The position numbers and the translations under genes were made by a program. A DNA stretch of 63,896 bases, the filler included, from Octopus bimaculoides (lineage: Eukaryota), in NCBI RefSeq assembly GCF_001194135.2. It is 5 parts of 5 records of this genome, joined end to end, with 100 filler letters (N's around TTAATTAATTAA, not from the genome) between each part and the next. Parts side by side here need not be neighbours in the genome. Positions count along the whole stretch, not along the records: positions 1 to 29,566 come from NC_068981.1; 4 more parts are not named here. One strand, 5' to 3'. Within the stretch, counting starts at the first letter, position 1. Every line of letters starts with the position of its first letter. The notes beneath the pieces were generated by a model that saw only the letters and a list, made by a program, of their open reading frames with translations, was not told the DNA's origin and made no database searches. This document shows, in pieces, positions 1 through 11,229 of this stretch.

Positions 1-39
<39 letters not shown>

Positions 40-999
40 TATGTATATATCTATTTATATATGAATGTATATATATATATATGTTTATATATATATATAT
101 ATATTTATGTATGTATGTATATATATATATATATATACATATATTTATGTATGTATGTATATACATACACACACACATGCACACATATATAGGTATGTGT
201 ACGTGTGTGTGTGTGTGTGTATCCTGTTTCTGACCTTCAAATTATTGGAAAAAATCCAAGAGTTTGCATATGATTCTAATCATTGTCAGTCAGGGCTTCC
301 TTTATAATTGTAAATAGTGCCTTTGTAGGATAGCTTGGACCAGACATAGGTGCAGCCTTCTGAAAGAAGTACACCATTTAATAAAAAAAAACAAAAAATC
401 ATTATACTAAGCTATTAAATTTTTGTTTTTTTACGTCTATCTTTTCAGCTAAATTCAAGTGTTTTAGTAACTTCTGTTTATATTTCTTCATCCATACTTA
501 TAATTACTTGTTTAAAGTAATCATAATTGTGTTTAAAATATGGAAATTTGAAGAAAATTTCAAAATAACAATTAAACATTTACTGTGGGGAGGACACTGT
601 CTCAACGTTTTGTTTGAATTTCACAAAAGTATGCCTTTACCAGTATAATTTTTTTGTAAGACAGCTTTGTTGGATGGATATTAATTTCATTGTGGCCTTC
701 CATCATAAAAAGATCTCTCTATATCTGGAGTAGATGACCCACTGAACTAGCATACACATATAGACGCACATCCGAATGTATATGCATGTCCATACTAATT
801 ATTTTATATATATCTTATAAAATGTTATATGTTATAAATGGTTAAGTATACATAGTTTTGAAGTTAAGTATGAATGCTTGGGATAAGGTGGTTATTGGGT
901 GAGGGTATGGGAAAGTGGCTGTGGTTGGAAAATAAATAAAATATAGATTAGTTATCCTGGCAGAATATGTGGATTATTTAAAATGCTTAAAATCTTGTA

Positions 1000-1620
1000 A
1001 TTTAAACAGCATTGTATGTAGGCAAGGAGAGAAGATTTCTTTCCTGATGTTCAAGATGTTTGCTGTTGAGGTTATGATATTTAGCTTGCTTCTCAGTGAC
1101 ACAGAAGTTACAGTTGTTGTCTTGTCCTGTATATCAGTCAAGCCTGGCTATTAAATTTATTTAGGGGTTTTCCACATTACCATCATTTAGGCCCCATATA
1201 ATTTTGGTCAAAGAAATACTATTTCTTTTATTATTGTCTCTGAATGAAACCAAATACTGTGTACATCGTTCTGTGAAGGCATTTTTGATCAGTCTAATTT
1301 AAGTTTTTATGGTACCACCTGTGTCTGCAATGTTGGCCCTGTAGACCAATTCTTTTATAAGACACTTTTTGTTCAAAGGACACTTATCAGTGGATTGGTA
1401 TTTGCATAATCATTGTGGTGTTGTTTTTTTAAAATTATAATTGAAAATTCCTGAGCCTGTATTGGGATGGCAACTATAACTTTTACTGGGTTCCTATTAA
1501 AGATCTTATGTTTGTGTGAACATGGCAATTGGGTGTCAATAAATTTTTGGAATCACTGGTTATATTTCTGGCTAAATTCATAGTATGGCCTATCAAAGGT
1601 TGGTTTAACATAAGTTATTT
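1000..1620 (-). mobile_element. Degenerate Penelope-like element, RT C-terminus and GIY-YIG endonuclease remnant
   Basis: Hand translation across frameshifts gives HKIFNRNPVK, KCPLNKKCLIKELVYRA, CNFCVTEK and LNIRKEIFSPCLH, matching PLE motifs KIFNRNT.K, CPL.G.CL...VY.A and C.LC..EK...LN.R.E....C.H. Confidence 0.7.
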
Positions 1621-1834
1621 GATTCTCAAAACTGGACCTTTCTAATGCGATGCTATAGTATGGAATTGCCTCTTTGAAATATGCCCTTTCTCCATAACTA
1701 CCAAATACTCATGCTTAAATTTGAAATTAAATATACATATGTTCATATATTCGTGTGTGTATGTGTGTTTATATATGAGTATGTGTATATGTGTGAGTGT
1801 GTGTGTATGTATAAGTGTTTGTATGTTGATCCTG

Positions 1835-2240
1835 GCTGCTTCAAAGTTGGAGATGGCTTGGAAGCAAGAGTTTCTCCACTGAACTTTATTCAGTGCTATC
1901 AACTCCCATATCTTTAGGTTTATCTTGCAGGTTTCCAAGCAGGACTTTAAATTGTCCTTCTAACAGAGCAGTGAGTGGCCTTGGTGCTTGGCACCAGAGC
2001 TAAGCTGACCATAGAAGAGAGCTTTAGGTAAGTGAGTGTCTTGCATGTATACCACATGGTCAATGCTCCGCAGTTGCACTTTGATAAGGAAACTTGCTAT
2101 GCCTAGAATGTCACATTGTGCAAAAATCTTTGTGTTGGGGTCTTTATCCTGCCTCTTAATATTGTGAAGTCTTGGTAGCATGTAGAATCTACAGCAAAGT
2201 TTACTGCTCCTTTGGTCTATAATCCAGTGCTAATCGTCTC
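1835..2240 (-). mobile_element. RTE-clade LINE 3' fragment
   Basis: ORFs 1960-2181 (QLRSIDHVVYM...LPKALFYGQL) and 1642-1938 (WELIALNKVQWR) match RTE C-terminal motifs. Confidence 0.7.
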
Positions 2241-2259
2241 TCCATCTCTGGACAGTGGG

Positions 2260-2460
2260 CCTTTTTCCCTATGCATGCTCTTTTAGTTTTGGGTATTTCT
2301 ATTAGAGCTTACTTTTGTTTTCATCAATCTTTTACAACCTTTTCTAATAGTGAAAACTCTTCTTCAGCAGTTCTGTTATCATTCAACTCAGTAAATTTTA
2401 CAGCTTATAGCTTGAAAGTGGCATTATACAAAGAATATTTTTTCTTAACACCAACAATAA
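2260..2460 (-). mobile_element. pogo-like transposase N-terminal (Brinker-type HTH) remnant
   Basis: Minus translation YNATFKL*AVKFTELNDNRTAEEEFSLLEKVVKD**KQK resembles Y...FKL.VV..AE...NR.A...F...EK.VR.WRKQK. Confidence 0.45.
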
Positions 2461-2764
2461 CCATTATGAGAAAGCTATTCAAAGAAAATGTTTTATTTTA
2501 TAGAACTTGTTATTTTAAAGGAATGTTTATATTTTTTCTTTGTACATTATACATATTTAATTAGGGTCAATAATTTGATTAATTAGCAATGCATAGCCAA
2601 AGCACATCATCAAAACAGTATATAGTTAACAGTATCACTAAAGAATGCTATCATGATAGTAAGCTAATCTAAGCACAGATTTTCTATGAATGAGTTATTT
2701 TGCAGTCAGACGGGCTTTTAAATAAGGAAATGAGTTTGTTATCACTGCTAATTATTAAAATAGT

Positions 2765-3085
2765 CAGCGTGGTACCTTGGGCAAGTGTCTTCTACTATAG
2801 CCTCAGGCTGACCAAAGCCTTGTGAGTGGATTTGGTAGACGGAAACTGAAAGAAGCCCATCATATATATGTATATATATATGTATGTGTGTGTATATGTT
2901 TGTGTGTCTGCATTTGTCCCCACAACATCGCTTGGGTGTTTATGTCTGTGTAACTTAGCGGTTTGGTAAAAGAGACTGATAGAATAAGTACTAGGCTTAC
3001 AAAGAATAAGTCCTGGGATCAATTTGCTCAACTAAAGGCGGTGCTCTAGCATGGATGCAGTCAAATGATTGAAACAAGGAAAACA
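2765..3085 (+). mobile_element. tRNA-derived SINE with internal (TA/TG)n (abundant octopus OK-like family). Other copies near 10630, 18865, 19920, 25143, 31715, 33000, 33780, 44053, 48235, 49230, 50015, 51170 and 62460
   Basis: Recurring blocks GGGCAAGTGTCTTCTACTATAG, GGTAGACGGAAACTGAAAGAAGCCC, GATAGAATAAGTACTAGGCTTACAAAGAATAAGTCC and AATGACTGAAACAAGTAAAAG occur in many copies in both orientations. The family name is from recall. Confidence 0.8.
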
Positions 3086-3264
3086 ATAATTAAAAGACCA
3101 ATTTTGCCAACAAGTGTTTTCAGTCATTTGATATGTACAGTAATTTAGTCAAAATGGCAGCACCCGAAGCACTTCATTCATCATATCTCTTATGTCTCAG
3201 GCTAAGTTATTTTTCTCAATATTATTCAGTGACATTTACAAATAAACTAAGATAGATAGTTTAT

Positions 3265-3508
3265 AGCAGGATTTCTCAACCATATTTTGCCTATGGACCT
3301 TTTTGATTCCTATTTTACTCTACTGGACCCCTATAGACATTCGATGCTTAAAACAGTCCCATTATACTTTTTATAATTAAATATTATTAGGAATTGCTTA
3401 GAAAAAATGGTCAAAACATTTTGTATATCGTAGGAGTAAAATCAATTTTAACAGCAAAATCTTATATGGGCCCCTAAAGGCTATGTGGACCCCAGTTGAG
3501 AACCATTG
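3265..3508. mobile_element. hAT/Charlie-like MITE; a truncated sister copy lies at ~25004-25135
   Basis: Imperfect TIRs CAGGATTTCTCAACC / AGTTGAGAACCATTG. The internal sequence is shared with the copy starting CAGTGGTTCTCAACC at 25004. Confidence 0.55.
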
Positions 3509-3778
3509 GCTTATAGGATAATATATGGGCATGAATTTAATAAAATTTAAATGGAATATAATAAGTTGTTTATAGTTCATTCAAACATGGTGTGAGGTGG
3601 TAACAATCATAACCTGATTGGTAAGGAAGTAGTATCATACAACAAAAATTATAACTTTGCCTCATGTGTAAGTTGCACCTCAGTTTTTTCAGTTAAAATC
3701 AAGTATAAATAAAATAGTGTGATTTATGCATTAATAAGTACAATATATATAATCACTTCACTTATATATATATCTATA

Positions 3779-3990
3779 CTAGTTGAACAATCCGTCGTTG
3801 CTGGACAATTTTTAGAATGGCTTATATAAATTTTTGTTTATTCCATGTCAGGCCATGCCTTTCCCAACAGTTAGGCTTCTTGATCATGACAGATTTGTGC
3901 AAGGAAAGCCTTTTTTCTGTCGAGGTCATATATGCCCTTTTATTAAACTATTTTCCTTAGTCATTGCATAGGGATCACCATAAACTTTAA
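3779..3990 (-). mobile_element. Non-autonomous Helitron 3' end
   Basis: Minus strand ends TCCAGCAACGACGGA (imperfect hairpin), short spacer, CTAG|T. The 5' extent is uncertain. Confidence 0.45.
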
Positions 3991-4266
3991 GCTTATATAA
4001 AAATACCATTATTATTATTTACGGGATATGTATATATGTAAGCACCTGTGCTGGTACCACATAAAAAACACCTAATACACTGTAAAGTGGTTGGCATTAA
4101 AAGGGCATCCAGCCATAGAAACCAAACCAAAACGTATAGCTGGAACCTGGTGCAGCTCTCCAACTTGCCAGCTCTATCCAACCCATCCAACTGATGCGAA
4201 CATAGAAAACAAATACAGTTCTATATTTAAGAGATGAGGAATGATGTACATTATTTACATTTGACG

Positions 4267-4312
4267 GACACAGCATTTCAGCTGATATACTCTCCACCCT
4301 TCATCAGGTGTC
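4267..4312 (-). ncRNA. Degenerate hammerhead motif in a dispersed repeat (sister copy at 58185-58230, +)
   Basis: GACAC-CUGAUGA-AGGGUG..CAGCU-GAAAU-GCU-GUGUC. The sister copy reads GACAC-CCGAUGA-AGGCUA..CAGCC-GAUAC-GUU-GUGUU. Confidence 0.6.
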
Positions 4313-4359
4313 TTGGGGAAATTTCGAACCTGGGTTCTCATTCCTAAGGTATTTTTCAA

Positions 4360-4391
<32 letters not shown>

Positions 4392-4399
4392 GTATTATT

Positions 4400-4598
4400 A
4401 TTATTATTATTATTATTTGTTTGACTTTTGTTTTGCATTTGTACAAGTTGGATCCAAGTCTCACCCAGAGACCTCAAGAGACACCAAGTTAGAAGTTCAT
4501 GTAGGTGTTATGCCTAGGGTACCATATATTTGGATTTGTACAGTTTTGTTCTAGTGAATGTTTAAGAAACCATAAGAAAATTATGTGCTTGCTTTAAA

Positions 4599-4636
<38 letters not shown>

Positions 4637-5985
4637 CATCNNNNNNNNNNNNNNNNNNNNNNNNNNNNNNNNNNNNNNNNNNNNNNNNNNNNNNNNNNNN
4701 NNNNNNNNNNNNNNNNNNNNNNNNNNNNNNNNNNNNNNNNNNNNNNNNNNNNNNNNNNNNNNNNNNNNNNNNNNNNNNNNNNNNNNNNNNNNNNNNNNNN
4801 NNNNNNNNNNNNNNNNNNNNNNNNNNNNNNNNNNNNNNNNNNNNNNNNNNNNNNNNNNNNNNNNNNNNNNNNNNNNNNNNNNNNNNNNNNNNNNNNNNNN
4901 NNNNNNNNNNNNNNNNNNNNNNNNNNNNNNNNNNNNNNNNNNNNNNNNNNNNNNNNNNNNNNNNNNNNNNNNNNNNNNNNNNNNNNNNNNNNNNNNNNNN
5001 NNNNNNNNNNNNNNNNNNNNNNNNNNNNNNNNNNNNNNNNNNNNNNNNNNNNNNNNNNNNNNNNNNNNNNNNNNNNNNNNNNNNNNNNNNNNNNNNNNNN
5101 NNNNNNNNNNNNNNNNNNNNNNNNNNNNNNNNNNNNNNNNNNNNNNNNNNNNNNNNNNNTCTATGATCCAGCATAGTTTGTTTTCTTTCTCAATTAAGAC
5201 TATGTCTGGCTTCCTTTTCTCTATCTCATGGCCACACTGAATCATAAAATCCCATAGGATCTTTGCATTTCTATTTTCGACGATGCCTTCAGGTTTGTGG
5301 TTGTACCAATTTTTTGCTCTGTCAAGTCCATACTTGTTGCAAAGTGTCCAATGGACAAGCCTGGCTATATTGTCGTGGTGTCTCTTATATTCCTTCTGGG
5401 CTAGTGGCTTATTGGCATATGTCATGCAGTTTCACCGTTTTGTCCACAGATTCCGCACTTATCACTTTCTGATGTGTTGTCTACTCTGTATTCTCTGTAG
5501 TTTGTTCTTAGTGCTTGCTCTTGGGCAGCACAGATTAGAGCCTCCGTTTCCAGTTTTAAATCACTTTTAGTCATCCACAGCCATGTTTTTTTCTATCTGT
5601 CTTATCTTCAACATCTCTATGAAATTGACCATGCATTCTTTTCTTTACACACATATTTTCAGTTTCATTCGTTTTCAATTTCTTGTATGGTGCTTTATCT
5701 TTGCAATCTTTCATCCTACACAAGCCTGACCTTCTTACTTCTAATAATAGCGGTTCTGTGGCATTTTTTATACACCATGATATGTTGTTTTCTTCTGCTC
5801 TAATGCTGTGTTCGCATCCAATAAGTCCTCTTCCCCTTCTTTTTCTTGGTACATACAGTCTGTCTGTGTCACTTTTTGGGTGGAGTGACCCATATCTAGT
5901 TAGCAACTTTCTTGTCTTTCTGTCTAAGCTGTTTAGTTCATCTACTCTCCATGCAATTACTCCTGCCCCATATCTAAGGTGTTGA
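4400..5985 (-). mobile_element. R4/Dong-like non-LTR retrotransposon (RT C-terminus plus restriction-like endonuclease), gap inside
   Basis: HPKSDTDRLYVPRKRRGRGL, then C..C...H and RHHDNIARLVHW.LC...ILWDF.IQC...RKPDIVLIEK (RLE PD-D motif). Flanked by (TAA)n/(CAA)n tracts. Confidence 0.8.
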
Positions 5986-6050
5986 TAGCTTCGATCTTAT
6001 ATATATATATATATATATATGNNNNNNNNNNTACATACATATATAAATAT

Positions 6051-6081
<31 letters not shown>

Positions 6082-6159
6082 CATGTCTATATACACAATA
6101 TATATATGTATGTATATATATACGCAGGAATATAAATATATCTTTATATAAATATATAC

Positions 6160-7255
6160 ATGCATATAAATATACATGCTTCACTACTTCATCCAATGTC
6201 TTCCTGGGTCTCCCTCTATCCCGGATTCCTTTCACTGTTTGGGAGTGGCACTTCTTCACACAGCTCTCCTCATCCATCCATAGTACATGACCATACCAAT
6301 GCAAACGTCTCTCTTGCATGCCACATCCGATGCTTCTTATGTCCAACATTTCTCTCAGGGCGCTTACACTCTGTCTTGTGTGTACACTGACATTACACAT
6401 CCAGTGGATCATGCTAGCTTCATTTCTTTTGAGCCTACGCATGTCTTCAGCAGTCACGGCTCTTTTGCACACATGCATCATACAATCTACCTTTCACTTT
6501 GAGTGAGAGGCCCTTTGTCACCAGTAGGGGTAGAAGCTTTCTGAACTTTGCCCAGACTATTCTTATTCTAGTGGTAACACTCTCTGAGCTTCCACTCCCA
6601 CTACAGACTTGGTCACCTAGGTAGTGGAAGCTATCAACTACTAGTTTCTTCCCCTGGCATGTGATGGAATTTGTTTTCTGAGCATGTGGTGTTTATTGCC
6701 CCTGTGCATCTGCTGCACACAAAAGCTATCTTCCCAGTTAATCTTCTTTTGATGTTGCTGCTCTTCTTATGTGTCCATAGCTTACACTGGCTACATCTTA
6801 TAGAGTTTCTACCTACACCTTTTCTACAGATTGAGCAGGGCCACCTACCTGATGGTGTGTGTGATGTGTTCGCCTTCCTACTTACTAGAACTTTGGTCTT
6901 TGCAATATTGACTCTAAAGCTCTTTGATTCTAAACCTTGCTTCCACACCTGAAATTTCTTCTCTAGTACTGGTAGCGATTCTGCTATGAGGGCCAGGTCA
7001 TCAGCATAGAGGAGCTCCCAGGGGCAACCCATCTTGAATTCCGCTGTTATTGCCTGGAGGACTATGATGAATAAAAGGGGACTGAGGGCTGATCTTTGGT
7101 AGACCACTACCTCTACCCGGAATTCTTCACTATACTCATTGCCAACCCTAACCTTACTAACGGACTCTCTGTATAGGGCCTGTACAGCCCTTATTAACCA
7201 GTTTCTGCATCGCTCAACAGATAAGGGATTGGGGGACCCTGTCAAAGGCTTTCTC
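6160..7255 (-). mobile_element. RTE-like LINE fragment (RT motifs, PHD-like finger, C-terminus)
   Basis: QRSALSPLLF, LLYADDL, RVNIAKTKV, CSIC...CSQC..WTH, RRLHWYGHV and GRPRKT. Confidence 0.9.
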
Positions 7256-7499
7256 NNNNNNNNNNNNNNNNNNNNNNNNNNNNNNNNNNNNNNNNNNNNN
7301 NNNNNNNNNNNNNNNNNNNNNNNNNNNNNNNNNNNNNNNNNNNNNNNNNNNNNNNATACTTATATATATATATAATTATATATATATAATTATATATATC
7401 GCAGCTCTAAGCTGAAACTATAAAAAAAAAATATATATATATATTATATATGTCGTCATCATCATCATCATCGTATGTGGGTGATGCAGATTCACTCGG

Positions 7500-9560
7500 G
7501 TTATGTATGTGTAAACTGTTCATAACCATAAGAAAACAAACAATTTGTTTTTATTTGTTGATGTGGGCATTGTGGACTTTTCAATTGAGAAGACGAGTAG
7601 GTGAAGAGTTTGTGCTTACTCGAAAGACTTGAACAAATCTTGTGGACCATCGAACTGTTCTTCCAAATTGGTGTACCAGGGTTGTACAGAATATGAGGTG
7701 TTTGTGATAGGTGAAGCTGAAGTTGTTGAGTCCATTTGAGAACAGCAGGAACTGAAAGTAAGTCCTCTTCGACAAATGCTTTTTTAAGCGATCAACAGAG
7801 ATAGTATCTCGTTTTCATCTGATATCGAGAATGAAATACATGGGTTCTTTTTGGATTTCTTTGTAGGGCCTGGAATATGTTGGCTGAAGTTGCGAAGGTA
7901 TTCCATCATTTCTAAAGAAAACATGCCTCCAAGTATTGATGTCTTTTGGGACATGTAAAGCGACATTCTGTTGTCTGGGGCCTGCAAGGGACAAATGCGA
8001 CATAGATGGTCTGTAAGCGGTGAACATATTTTGCTGGGTTGAGAAAGTTTTGTGGTGAAACAGGGTCAATCATCTGCCCTGGTAAGGCGAGTGCTGTGCC
8101 ATAAACCAGTTCAGCCAGAGTATGTCCAACTCCCTCCTTAACCATGGATCGAATACCAACGAGGATGAGTGGAAGATATTCCAACCAGTTGGAGCAGTCT
8201 GGATATGCTTTTATAGCCACCTTAAGTTGGCAGTGAAAGTGTTTGACCATGCCATTTGCTGCAGGGTTGTAAGCTGTTGTGCAGGTGTGTTTACACCTGA
8301 AGAGACGAGTCAGCTTGGTGAAAATGTGAGAATTGAACTGATGTCCTCCATTGGTGGTGATCATCATGGGTGTGCTGAAACATGAAATCCAGTGAAACAT
8401 TCATGTTTCGGTGAAGGTTTCCGAAAAATTGTCCAATAAAGGGAAAGCTTCCGGCCAATGAGAAAATCTGTCAACACAAGTGAGCAGGTGAGTGCAGTTG
8501 TTGGAAGGAGGTAAGGGTCCTACAATGTCAATATGCACATGTTGACAACATGCATCTGGAGTTGCAAAGGAACCGATGAGAGATTTAATATGTTGGTGGA
8601 CCTTTGCGTTTTGGCACACAACGCAGGTCCTAGCCCAATCATGGGTGTCCTTCTTGATGTTGGGCCGCAAGAAACAGGTCAATATCAGCTTGTGTGTGGC
8701 ACGGACACCAAGATGTGTTAGGAAATGCAAAGTAGAGAAAATGGCACATCTATGTTTCTGTGGCACATATGGAGATTCATGACCGATGGAGGTGTCGCAC
8801 CAAATATAACCTGTAGCAGTGATTGCCGAAATTTCAGAGATGATGAATTCCGGAGTTGTAATATTTCTTCATCATCTTGTTGACCAGCTGCAGTCTACTG
8901 GAGATCAATAGTAGCAGTGGTGTGGATAGCTTAAGTTCCATGCGTGACAGGGCATCAGCTGTAGAGCTCTTTGCACCCTTGATGTGGCAAATGTCTGTGG
9001 TGTACTGTGATATGAAGTCTAGATGTTGAGCTTCCCTGGGTGAGTGACGATTGGGCTTGGCATTGAAGGCATAAACCAACAGTTAATGGTTGGTATGAAT
9101 GGAGAAAATGCGACCTTCCAGCATGTGTTGAAGATGCTTGACAGGGAGATACACTGCCAGTAATTCTTGACCGAAGATACTATATTTAGTCTTGGTGGAT
9201 TTTAAGTGCTTGGAGAAGAAGGATACAGGTTGCCAAATACCGTTAGTGAGTTGTTGGAGCACATCTCCAACTCCGGAATCAGATGCATCAACTAGTACAC
9301 AGTGGGGTGTCTGGTTTGAGATACACCAGCATGGTAACATTAGATAACACTTTTTACAAAGCAGCGAAAGAGGCAAGTTGTCCTTCACTCAGGGCGATGT
9401 TTTTATTTTTGCCTGTTCACTGTTGCAGTAAATCTATGAGCAGTTGTGCTGTCTCTGCACAGTGGGGTAAAAATCTCCGGTAGAAATTTACCACACCAAG
9501 AAATTCCCACAATTTGCAGAGAAATGTGGGTGGTGGAAAATCCACAATGGCTTTGGCTTT
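7500..9560 (-). pseudogene. Gypsy/Ty3 pol remnant: RT end, RNase H, integrase
   Basis: AIVDFPPP...FLGVVNFYRRF; VDASDSGVG.VLQQ...FFSK.L...KYS...ELLA; H..THLGVRAT...C..C (HHCC); HIDIVGPLP; NGMVKHFH.QLK. Domain order RT-RH-INT, with many frameshifts and stops. No LTR recognised. Confidence 0.92.
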
Positions 9561-9562
9561 CT

Positions 9563-10076
9563 CAACAAGACGTTGTGGCGGTGTAATGGGATCTTTTCCC
9601 TTGAATAAAATTAGTGCTGTTGTTTGTCAACAACTATTGGCAGTACTGTTATTTATGACATCGTTCGTGTGTTTGTACTGGTTTTAGGGTTAGGGTTCGG
9701 GTTTTAGAGTTAGGGTTTGGGTTAGGGTTAAGGTTAGGGTTATGAGTATTTTTTCCAAATTTGGTGAAAATCTGTTCAATACATCGCCACAAATTTTTCA
9801 CCAAATTTGGCAAAAATACTCATAACCCTAACCCTAAAACCCTAACTCTAAAACCCGAACCCTAACCCTAAAACCCTAACTCTAAAACCCTAACCCTAAA
9901 ACCCTAACTCTAAAACCCGAACCCTAACCCTAAAACCCTAAAGCTAACACCAGTACAAACGCACAAACAATGTCACATAAATAACAGTACCGCCAATAGT
10001 TGTTGTTTACAAACAATGGCACTAATTTTATTCAAGGGAAAACATCCCATTACACCGCCACAACGTGTTGTTGACA
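9563..10076. repeat. ~510-bp fold-back with internal head-to-head telomere-like arrays (TTAGGG/TTTTAGGG variants then CCCTAA variants)
   Basis: Left arm ~9563-9770 is the reverse complement of ~9794-10076, with a ~23-nt loop. The G-rich tract lies at ~9681-9742 and the C-rich tract at ~9823-9945. Confidence 0.92.
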
Positions 10077-10289
10077 ATCCACAGCAGTAATTGTTTGCAC
10101 CTCAATAGATGTCAGTGATTGGCTGAAATTACCGAAATATAACAACTTTAACACAAAATAACTTTAAAAATATAAACTTTTCTCAACAACACTAAGAGTA
10201 AAAGATGTTTTATATTACACATTCTACCAGTGTCCCAAGTTTGAAAGTGTTTCGTTTGGAAAACAAATGGTGTCCGCCAAATCAGAAAG

Positions 10290-10600
10290 ATCCTTATTCT
10301 TATTCTAGCAGCTACACTTTCAGTGCACCCTCCACCACTACTAACTTGGTCACCTAGATAGCGGAAGCTATCAACTACTTCTAGTTTTTCTCTCTGGAAT
10401 GTGGCAAAGGTTGTTTTCTGCACATTTTCAATGTTTATTGCTCCTGAGCATCTGCCACATACAAAAACTATCTTGCTAGTTAGCCTTCCTTTGATATTGC
10501 TGCACCTCTTATGTGTCCATAGCTTACACTCGGTACAACTTATGGAGTTTCTACCTATGCCTTTTCTACAGATCGAGCAGGGCCATCTACCTGAAGGGGT
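10290..10600 (-). mobile_element. RTE-like LINE fragment with PHD-like finger
   Basis: PSGRWPCSICRKGIGRNSISCTECKLWTHKRC...CGRC...EVVDSFRYLGDQV. Confidence 0.88.
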
Positions 10601-10879
10601 TTGTGTTTTATACATATATATATATATATTTATATACGATGGGCTTTCAGTTTCCGTCTACCAAATCCATTCATAAGGCTTTGGTCAGCCTGAGGCTATA
10701 GTAGAAGACGCTTGCCCAAGGTACTGTGCAGTGGGACAGAAACCGGAACCATGTGGTTGGGAAGCAAGCTTCTTACCACACAGCCACTCTTATATCATAT
10801 ATATCTATAATATATATTATATATAATATATATTATATATCTATCTATCTATATATATTATATATATGATATATATATT

Positions 10880-11198
10880 ATATCATCATCATCATCGTTT
10901 AACATCTACTTTCCATGCTGGCATGTGTTGGATGGTTTGAATAAGGACTGGCAATCCGGTAGGCTGCACCAGGTTCTAATCTAATTTGGCAAAGTTTCTA
11001 CCGCTGGATGCTCTTCCTAACGCCAACCACTCCGAGAGTGTAGTCAATGCTTTTTACATGCCATTGGCATGTGAGCCACTCTGGTGGCACTGGCATCAAC
11101 CACACTCAAATGGTGCTTTTTACATGCCACCAGCACAGAAGCCAGTCAGGCAGCACTGGCATCAGTCATGCTTGAATGGTGCTTTTTATGTGCCACCA

Positions 11199-11205
<7 letters not shown>
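10880..11205 (-). mobile_element. 3' UTR of the RTE-like family ending in an (ATG)n tail. Similar pieces at ~4085, 12900, 18310, 24320, 30550, 35830 and 45684
   Basis: CATCATCATCGTTTAAC..C..CTTTCCATGCT and GGATGCCCTTCCTAACGCCAACCAC blocks. At 35830 and 45684 this block is contiguous with RTE coding remnants. Confidence 0.8.

Positions 11206-11229
<24 letters not shown>

Noticed and set aside
9681-9945. Literal chromosome end-to-end fusion site
   Set aside because: The arrays are short, degenerate, separated by unique inverted sequence and embedded in longer inverted arms, which fits a fold-back repeat better.
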